NCBI GenBank assembly: GCA_050178385.1
Contig: JBFXGD010000127.1
Location: forward strand, 1-10,312
DNA from: Calditrichaceae bacterium
Lineage (GTDB): Bacteria > Calditrichota > Calditrichia > Calditrichales > JBFXGD01
Direction: 5' to 3'
Length of the DNA: 10,312 bases
Shown: in pieces, positions 1-5,683 of the stretch
How positions within the stretch are numbered: the first letter of the stretch is position 1
How the letters are laid out: each line of letters starts with the position of its first letter
Notes under the pieces: model-generated
Database searches by the model: none
Told to the model about the DNA's origin: nothing
The model's input: the letters and a program-made list of their open reading frames with translations, nothing else
Translations under genes and position numbers: made by a program

Positions 1-100
1 GATGCGTGAGTTGTATGTATTTGGTACGGATTCAGATTTTGAAGACATTTTAGCGGATAGGGAGGAGCGACTTTTGGTTGAAGATCTGAATCTAATATGA
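1..100 (+). CDS. Probable 3' end of an upstream gene (partial, unknown product)
   Basis: Frame starting at base 2 is open to TGA at 98-100 (...MRELYVFGTDSDFEDILADREERLLVEDLNLI*). Acidic, protein-like composition, followed directly by hairpin and repeat DNA. Too short to assign. Confidence 0.6.
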   Translation, partial: MRELYVFGTDSDFEDILADREERLLVEDLNLI

Positions 101-105
101 CATCA

Positions 106-154
106 TGTACTGCCTGAGAGCGCATGAAAGTCCATTCCACGCTAAAGCAGTACA
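106..154. repeat. Imperfect palindrome / REP-like stem-loop
   Basis: TGTACTGC (106-113) is the exact reverse complement of GCAGTACA (147-154); inner arms AGCG (119-122) and CGCT (140-143). Begins 5 nt after the upstream stop codon. Confidence 0.6.
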
Positions 155-163
155 GATTCCAAA

Positions 164-214
164 CCCTTAACTCTTAACGCTCTTAAATTCTTACTTCTTA
201 CTTCCTACTTCCTT
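164..214. repeat. Degenerate heptamer tandem repeat tract
   Basis: Units cccttaa, ctcttaa, (cg)ctcttaa, attctta, cttctta, cttccta, cttcctt. Confidence 0.75.
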
Positions 215-215
215 T

Positions 216-308
216 GTCTGAACTGTGATTCGCCTGATTAAATGAAAACTCTGATTTCCAATTTCTATATTATGCGCATCATCTGATCATTTTGATCCGG
301 GTTCAGAC
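216..308. repeat. 93-bp imperfect palindromic element with perfect 8-bp termini (REP/MITE-like)
   Basis: GTCTGAAC (216-223) and GTTCAGAC (301-308) are perfect inverted termini. Internal arms pair in register: GATT/GATC, TGATT/GATCA, AAATGA/TCATCT. Confidence 0.7.
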
Positions 309-310
309 CG

Positions 311-366
311 TTTTTCATCTTTTCTCTTTTATCTTTTCTCTTTTATCTTTTATCTTTTTTCTTATC
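311..366. repeat. Pyrimidine-rich heptamer tandem repeat (TCTTTT[A/C]), about 8 units
   Basis: tttttca tcttttc tctttta tcttttc tctttta tctttta tcttttt tcttatc, contiguous with period 7. Confidence 0.85.
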
Positions 367-385
367 CTTCCCACTTCCTCCCGCC

Positions 386-424
386 ATTATCAAAATTCTG
401 ATACCCCATCAGAAATCTGATAAT
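386..424. promoter_or_regulatory. Putative upstream activator sequence (two tandem palindromic sites) for a sigma54 enhancer-binding protein
   Basis: ATCAAAATTCTGAT (389-402) and ATCAGAAATCTGAT (408-421) are similar 14-bp palindromes repeated at 19-bp spacing. The whole block is also an inverted repeat. It lies about 90-125 bp upstream of the -24 box. Confidence 0.65.
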
Positions 425-512
425 AAATAATCTCCATAACGAATATGTTTTTCATTATCTAAGTTTAATATTATCATGGTTATAATCCAGTAATAAAACC
501 CGATGGCTAATA

Positions 513-527
513 TGGCATGAAAATTGT
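513..527 (+). promoter_or_regulatory. Putative sigma54 (RpoN) -24/-12 promoter
   Basis: TGGCATG-AAAA-TTGT versus consensus TGGCACG-N4-TTGC, with exact spacing and GT in place of GC at -12. It is 41 bp upstream of the serpin ATG, and a GAFTGA activator is encoded in the same cluster. Confidence 0.7.
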
Positions 528-556
528 CGTATTTACAGACACATACATTTTTACCC

Positions 557-562
557 GGAGGT
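557..562 (+). promoter_or_regulatory. Shine-Dalgarno site of the serpin gene
   Basis: GGAGGT 6 nt upstream of ATG 569. Confidence 0.85.
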
Positions 563-568
563 ATCAAA

Positions 569-1804
569 ATGAAAATAAACAGTGTTTTAATAATTGTCAT
601 CGCCTGTTTATTCTTTGTATCTGCTTGCACGGATTTAAATCTGCCGGCAGATCCGCAGCCGGTCCGCGAACTCAACGATCATGAGAAGCAGCTCGCGGAA
701 GCGGATAATGTATTCAGCTTAAAATTATTCCGTGAAGTAAATAACGTAGAGAGTGAAAAAGATATTTTTATTTCACCCTTAAGTGTTTCATTCGCGCTGG
801 GTATGACCCTAAACGGAGCGGCGGAGGAAACATATCAGGCCATACGGCGGACACTGGAGTTTGATAATCTTGATCCTGATGAGATCAACGCCACCTATAA
901 GAGTCTGATTGAATATCTTACTAAAATCGATCCAAAAGTCGCGGTACAAATCGCTAATTCTATCTGGTACCGTGAGGGGTTTTCCGTTAAAGATGAATTT
1001 CTCAAAACAAATCAGTTCTACTTTAACGCGGAGATCGCCGCGCTTAACTTTGCGGATCCGGATGCGGTTGTCACAATCAATAATTGGGTCGATAATAATA
1101 CCAACGGGAAAATCACCAGGATAGTTGATACAATAAATGATGAAATCGTCATGTTGCTGATCAACGCCGTATATTTTAAAGGTGACTGGATGTATGAATT
1201 TGATCCGGAAGATACATTCGACGGCTCGTTTTATCTGCCCGATGGTTCTACCGAAATCTGCCGCATGATGCCTCAGGAGAATACGTTTGACTATTTCAGT
1301 AACGATTCGTTTCAGGCGGTTGACCTGCCGTATGGAAACAGCGCTTACAGTATGACCGTTTTTCTCCCGGCTGAGGAGGCCGATATAAATCAGATTATCA
1401 AACAAATGGACGGTACAGCATGGGAAAATTGGATAAACGGATTGTCACAAAAAAAGGGGCGTTTGGTTCTGCCGAAATTTAAAAAAGAATATGATATTAA
1501 TCTTAACGATATTCTAAAAACCCTGGGTATGGAAGTCGCGTTCAACGCGGGAGTAGCGGATTTCTCAAATATAAATGAAACGGCAGAGCTGTTCATCAGC
1601 AAAGTTACACATAAGACGTTTATCGAAGTGGATGAGAAAGGTACGGAAGCCGCCGCGGTAACTGCTGTTGAAGTCGGTGTGACGTCAGTTGATCCTGATT
1701 ATTTTGTCATGGAAGTAAACCGGCCGTTCTTTTTTGTAATCAGAGAGAAGCATTCCGGCACAATTCTCTTTATGGGTAAAATTCTTAATCCAAATAATAA
1801 ATAA
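569..1804 (+). CDS. Serpin (serine protease inhibitor, MEROPS I4), lipoprotein, 411 aa
   Basis: Motifs DIFISPLSVSFALGM, INNWVDNNTNGKI, LLINAVYFKGDW, LPKF, hinge EVDEKGTEAAAVT and C-terminal VNRPFFFVIREKHSGTILFMGKILNP. Start moved from 524 to ATG 569 based on the SD and the signal peptide MKINSVLIIVIACLFFVSA-C. Confidence 0.97.
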   Translation: MKINSVLIIVIACLFFVSACTDLNLPADPQPVRELNDHEKQLAEADNVFSLKLFREVNNVESEKDIFISPLSVSFALGMTLNGAAEETYQAIRRTLEFDNLDPDEINATYKSLIEYLTKIDPKVAVQIANSIWYREGFSVKDEFLKTNQFYFNAEIAALNFADPDAVVTINNWVDNNTNGKITRIVDTINDEIVMLLINAVYFKGDWMYEFDPEDTFDGSFYLPDGSTEICRMMPQENTFDYFSNDSFQAVDLPYGNSAYSMTVFLPAEEADINQIIKQMDGTAWENWINGLSQKKGRLVLPKFKKEYDINLNDILKTLGMEVAFNAGVADFSNINETAELFISKVTHKTFIEVDEKGTEAAAVTAVEVGVTSVDPDYFVMEVNRPFFFVIREKHSGTILFMGKILNPNNK

Positions 1805-1819
1805 TCTCTTGGGGTGGAT

Positions 1820-3625
1820 ATGAAAAAAACGATTTTATTCCTTTTGTTTCCCGCGGTTTTACTGGCTCAATACTGGGGTGAGCGCGCAAACGAAAAAAGT
1901 TTTGAACAATCGTCGCTTTACTTCAACAGCAACTATTTAAATACGTTTGGTATTTATCAGTTCAGGGATGTTACCGTGAGTTTGATTGATGATCCATTTC
2001 TGAATTTGCATCTTAATCCGGCCCTGTTCGAATCTGACAGTGTTTCCAATACCATGATGTACATGGATTTCCGGGGAGACCGGGAAGTTATAGAGGCAAC
2101 TCAATATTATCCGTATCCCATGTATTATGAGGATTACTATTACAGGAATTATATTATTGATCCGCGATGGTACACCACCACCCGATCGGAACCGGAGCCC
2201 GTGTTTTCTTTTGGTATAATCACCTTTCCGGTGGGAAAAAATTTGTACTTCGGCGGATCGTATCAATTAATCTATAAAAAAGAGCCGTACTATCAGGTGC
2301 CGACCTGGATCTATAATACAAGATACGGCTATGATGCCTTTGGTGAAAAAATCGATACCGGAACGGATGTACCGGTGATTGACAGGTATGCCGGAGAAGA
2401 TGAGATGCTGACCACCGCTCATTTGCTATCGGGGAGCTTGGGATACCGACTGTCGGACGCGCTAAGACTGGGTGTCAGTGTGAATGCCGTCTCACATGAC
2501 CGGAATGGTGATTATTTAAATATCAATTCGTATGAATATACAAGTTCCGGCGGGAGCGATTGGTTTAACTCATACTCAACAGGACGTGATCAGGAGTATC
2601 GCCATCTCGATTTCAGCGGCGGTTTGGTTTACCAGGTTGCTCCGGCGGTGAATATTGGGATAAAGGTGGGAATTTTGGACGGGAATGTTAAGCAAAGTCT
2701 GAACCGGTCAGACTCTTCACATTATTATTATGACAATACCGATGAAAACAGAACTGATTTTTCAAACAGCTTCAGCCGAGGAATTACCAGTCAGAGTTGG
2801 GAACATGACGGACAGAGCAAATATGGAAATATAAGTCTGAACTATGAAATGACTCCCGGAAATCATCTGAAAATATATTATCAGTACGAAAACAAAGATA
2901 TTGACCTGACAAATCGTTCGGTCATCAATGATACTTCCTTTTATAACAGTTCCTACTCCTGGGATACGACGAGAGTTACCAATATCTACTGGTCATCCTT
3001 AAAGGATATCCGCAACGCGACCGGCAAAAATGATATCACAACAAACCGGGGAATGTTTTCATTCAGCCTGAAGGCAAGCACAAAGAGTACTGTTTCATTC
3101 GGGTTTTATTTTTCAAAGACAGAATCAAGGACAAACACTGTTGAACCGGTTTCTGTGAGCAGAGACTCCGAAAGCAAATATTATTACACCTATCATGAAT
3201 TATTCACTCCCGATACATCACTTTATAATTACAACGTGCAGGAAGATAAACGGCTGACATGGAATTACGAATCCAATCTTAAATCCTTGCAGATACCGGT
3301 GATTCTCAATTATATGATCGCGGAAAACTGGAATTTAATGCTTGGGGTAAACCGGATTTTAAACAGCTGGGAGATAAAAGAAGAAACTATTGCCTATTAT
3401 AATCTTCGGAAGAAGAATGAGAACGGAATCCTTGAAGAAGAATCCGATTTTATCGAACGGTACAGGGAACCGACAAAAACTTATACGGAGAATGAAACGG
3501 ATTTTATGGCCGGATTGAATGTAAAAGTTTCGCCCAGGTTTACAATAAATATTCTTGTGGACCCGGAATCGAAACCGGATTGGCGCATTGCACAATGGTG
3601 GCTGAGTTTTAGCGCAAAATTATAG
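1820..3625 (+). CDS. Exported protein, probable outer-membrane beta-barrel (possibly FadL/PorV-like), about 601 aa
   Basis: Sec signal MKKTILFLLFPAVLLA-Q; N-terminal DDPFLNLHLNPA motif; many amphipathic strands (LYFGGSYQL, LSGSLGYRL, FSGGLVYQV, FMAGLNVKV); ends WWLSFSAKL. Alternative start GTG 1814. Confidence 0.7.
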   Translation: MKKTILFLLFPAVLLAQYWGERANEKSFEQSSLYFNSNYLNTFGIYQFRDVTVSLIDDPFLNLHLNPALFESDSVSNTMMYMDFRGDREVIEATQYYPYPMYYEDYYYRNYIIDPRWYTTTRSEPEPVFSFGIITFPVGKNLYFGGSYQLIYKKEPYYQVPTWIYNTRYGYDAFGEKIDTGTDVPVIDRYAGEDEMLTTAHLLSGSLGYRLSDALRLGVSVNAVSHDRNGDYLNINSYEYTSSGGSDWFNSYSTGRDQEYRHLDFSGGLVYQVAPAVNIGIKVGILDGNVKQSLNRSDSSHYYYDNTDENRTDFSNSFSRGITSQSWEHDGQSKYGNISLNYEMTPGNHLKIYYQYENKDIDLTNRSVINDTSFYNSSYSWDTTRVTNIYWSSLKDIRNATGKNDITTNRGMFSFSLKASTKSTVSFGFYFSKTESRTNTVEPVSVSRDSESKYYYTYHELFTPDTSLYNYNVQEDKRLTWNYESNLKSLQIPVILNYMIAENWNLMLGVNRILNSWEIKEETIAYYNLRKKNENGILEEESDFIERYREPTKTYTENETDFMAGLNVKVSPRFTINILVDPESKPDWRIAQWWLSFSAKL

Positions 3626-3658
3626 CTTATGTTTTTAAATATTCCGGCGGGAACAAAC

Positions 3659-4156
3659 ATGAAGAAACTAATATACACACTATTAATAATCACCCTGACA
3701 ACAGGATGTGAAGATCCGGTTTCACCGGCTCTGGATTACTCGCAGATGGAAATACATTATCAGAAGTCCGGTGGATGGATACCCGTAACATCTCTGTCGG
3801 TGAACGGCGCGGACGCTATGATAACCGGTGTTGAAATCAGTCAACAGGGGCAGTCATCGGATACGCTTTGTGAAGCTGCAAACCAGACGGAATTAAACGT
3901 ATTGGCGGAGATTTTCTATGGTTTTGATCAATACAATGATTATTATGAACCGGTTGATTTTCATACGGACGCGAATTATCATCAGACGGTATTGATTTAT
4001 AAGGGAAAAAGTGATACAGTAACGGTGTATGATCCTGACAGAGTGAATCTGCCGTCGGGTTTGAAGCGTAGCATAGATGAAATGGAAAAAATGTCAGATA
4101 GGTTGTTCAAACTGGTTATTCAGAGAGATCAACTTAAGCGGGAGACAGAAAGTTGA
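3659..4156 (+). CDS. Lipoprotein with a possible emfourin-like (protealysin/M4 inhibitor) domain
   Basis: Signal II MKKLIYTLLIITLTTG-C (start 3659 preferred over 3629). Pattern IHYQKSGGW...D.NY....IYKGKSDTVTVYD....LPSGLKRSIDEM resembles the emfourin family as I recall it; not verified. Confidence 0.6.
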   Translation: MKKLIYTLLIITLTTGCEDPVSPALDYSQMEIHYQKSGGWIPVTSLSVNGADAMITGVEISQQGQSSDTLCEAANQTELNVLAEIFYGFDQYNDYYEPVDFHTDANYHQTVLIYKGKSDTVTVYDPDRVNLPSGLKRSIDEMEKMSDRLFKLVIQRDQLKRETES

Positions 4157-4584
4157 AAAAACTGTCGTTTATTCCGGTTTTGCTCACGGTCATTATTTTT
4201 CTCTGGAATTGCGGTGATGATGATCTGACCGGTACAGGGAAATTGCTGAAAATTGCGGGTGATACGATTGAAGTCGCTTATGGTGATACGGTATTTGCCC
4301 CGGGTGGCTATGACCGCATCACGTTTGATTCCCTGCTCCAGGAAAGCCGCTGTCCTACAGGAGTTGTTTGTTTTTGGGAAGGAAACGGTTCCATTCAATT
4401 ATCCCTGCTCACTGAAACAAAGAAAATCTCATTCATATTAAATACGCATCCGGACTTCACTAACGATACCACTGTGGTTGGTTATTATTTTTCATTAGTT
4501 GAATTAAATCCGTATCCACATATTGACAGCACCTATACGGAAAATGATTACCGGGCGGTTATACTTGTAAGAACTGAGCTTTGA
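4153..4584 (+). CDS. Hypothetical lipoprotein with (D/E)SRCPxxxxCxWxG motif
   Basis: TTG start overlapping the upstream stop (TTGA), SD GGAG at 4141-4144, signal II MKKLSFIPVLLTVIIFLWN-C, motifs ESRCPTGVVCFWEG and LVELNPYP. Confidence 0.8.
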   Translation: MKKLSFIPVLLTVIIFLWNCGDDDLTGTGKLLKIAGDTIEVAYGDTVFAPGGYDRITFDSLLQESRCPTGVVCFWEGNGSIQLSLLTETKKISFILNTHPDFTNDTTVVGYYFSLVELNPYPHIDSTYTENDYRAVILVRTEL

Positions 4585-4621
4585 TAAGTTTGTCGTTATG
4601 AATTGTATTAGGAGAGAAGAG

Positions 4622-5101
4622 ATGAAAACACTATTTTCTATTCTTACTTTAATAATGATTTTTTTGACTGCATGCAGGGAAGATGATCATGTCGCGGATT
4701 ATTCGCTACGCGCGGTATCCGGTCCGGATGTTATAATATTCGGATATATTGACAGTGTGCAGATATACGAAGATCCCGTTTCTCTCGAGGATGTCAGCAT
4801 GAGCGGTGATACTCTGAAGTTAGAAATCTCTTATTCCGGTGGATGCAAGGAGCATGAATTTTTACTTTACGTGTCAAAAGATTTTGCGGAATCCTATCCG
4901 GTGCAGGCATCGGTTTATCTTTCTCATAATTCGAACGATGACCGATGTAAAGCATTGATCAGGAAAGATCTGTGTTTCAATCTATCCTTATTAAAAGAAG
5001 AATACTGGAAATTATATAATGATAACGGACCGATTGATTTGAACCTGTTCGCGCCGGGGACAACAGACGCGCATATGCCCCTAATCAGATATTCATTTTA
5101 A
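4622..5101 (+). CDS. Hypothetical lipoprotein, possibly NigD C-terminal-like beta-sandwich
   Basis: SD AGGAG at 4610-4614, ATG 4622, signal II MKTLFSILTLIMIFLTA-C. Motifs YSGGCKEHEFLL, ESYPVQ, LSHNSNDDRCKAL and FNLSLLK. Confidence 0.75.
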   Translation: MKTLFSILTLIMIFLTACREDDHVADYSLRAVSGPDVIIFGYIDSVQIYEDPVSLEDVSMSGDTLKLEISYSGGCKEHEFLLYVSKDFAESYPVQASVYLSHNSNDDRCKALIRKDLCFNLSLLKEEYWKLYNDNGPIDLNLFAPGTTDAHMPLIRYSF

Positions 5102-5194
5102 GTATGGTGATTTATATTTTTCTTTCGGGAGTACATCTGAAAAGGTATATTGAGTTAAATTTAATGCAGGAAGTATCACTAACCAGATAAAGCA

Positions 5195-5584
5195 ATGGTT
5201 ACAAATATGACTCTTTCATTCATGATACTTTTATTCGCGGGCGGCTGTATTTCCGGTGGACAGGATGATAATTATATTGTCAGTCAGGTATATTCGATCG
5301 ATTCGGTAAAGATTATCAAATCATCCGGACTTGAATATTCGGCGAAAATAAAGGCCGCGGTGCCGAATCCATGTCATGAGTATTCCCACATCGATCTGGT
5401 ACGGGAAGGGAACGATATTCAGGTGCTCGTATATTCGAAGATCAGAAAAGATGTGACGTGCATTCAGGTTCTGGGTTCGATAGAAGCCGAAATATCGTTC
5501 AAAGTTGAATCGGCCGGAGACTATAGGATCCATTTCAAGGGAAGAAGCCGCGTGTTAGATGTTGAGGCGGAAATCAAAGATTAA
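5195..5584 (+). CDS. Small hypothetical lipoprotein, Ig-like fold predicted (PrcB-C/BsuPI-like CxQV motif)
   Basis: Hydrophobic N-terminus ending FAGG-C; PNPC...GNDIQV...TCIQVL...AGDYRIHF pattern with two mature Cys residues. Confidence 0.7.
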   Translation: MVTNMTLSFMILLFAGGCISGGQDDNYIVSQVYSIDSVKIIKSSGLEYSAKIKAAVPNPCHEYSHIDLVREGNDIQVLVYSKIRKDVTCIQVLGSIEAEISFKVESAGDYRIHFKGRSRVLDVEAEIKD

Positions 5585-5683
5585 CCCGAGGTGAAAGTCA
5601 GAATCAATTCAGGTATCCCAACAGGAATATAAACCTGATTTTGCGGTGCGCCCGGGGACTTAAAGGAATATGATCGAGATCGA

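Noticed and set aside
101..424. CRISPR array or integron attC site in the repeat-rich intergenic region
   Set aside because: No 23-47-bp direct repeats with unique spacers, the hairpin ends do not fit RYYYAAC/GTTRRRY, and no cas or integrase gene is present.
481..486. Perfect TATAAT as a sigma70 -10 box
   Set aside because: No credible -35 at 17 bp (TCTAAG) and no correctly placed extended TG, in a very AT-rich context. Weak basal use is not excluded.
425..500. IHF site between the enhancer and promoter
   Set aside because: AT-rich, but only poor matches to WATCAANNNNTTR.
524..568. TTG start and 15-aa extension of the serpin given in the ORF track
   Set aside because: It overlaps the putative -12 box and the SD. 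ATG 569 has GGAGGT upstream and yields a proper signal peptide.
409..675. 88-aa minus-strand ORF
   Set aside because: It overlaps the serpin start and promoter, has no recognisable motifs, and is a likely shadow ORF.
5595..5661. Hairpin before the kinase (TCAGGT 5609-5614 / ACCTGA 5633-5638) as a terminator or riboswitch
   Set aside because: Short stem with a large irregular loop and no recognisable aptamer; too weak to call.
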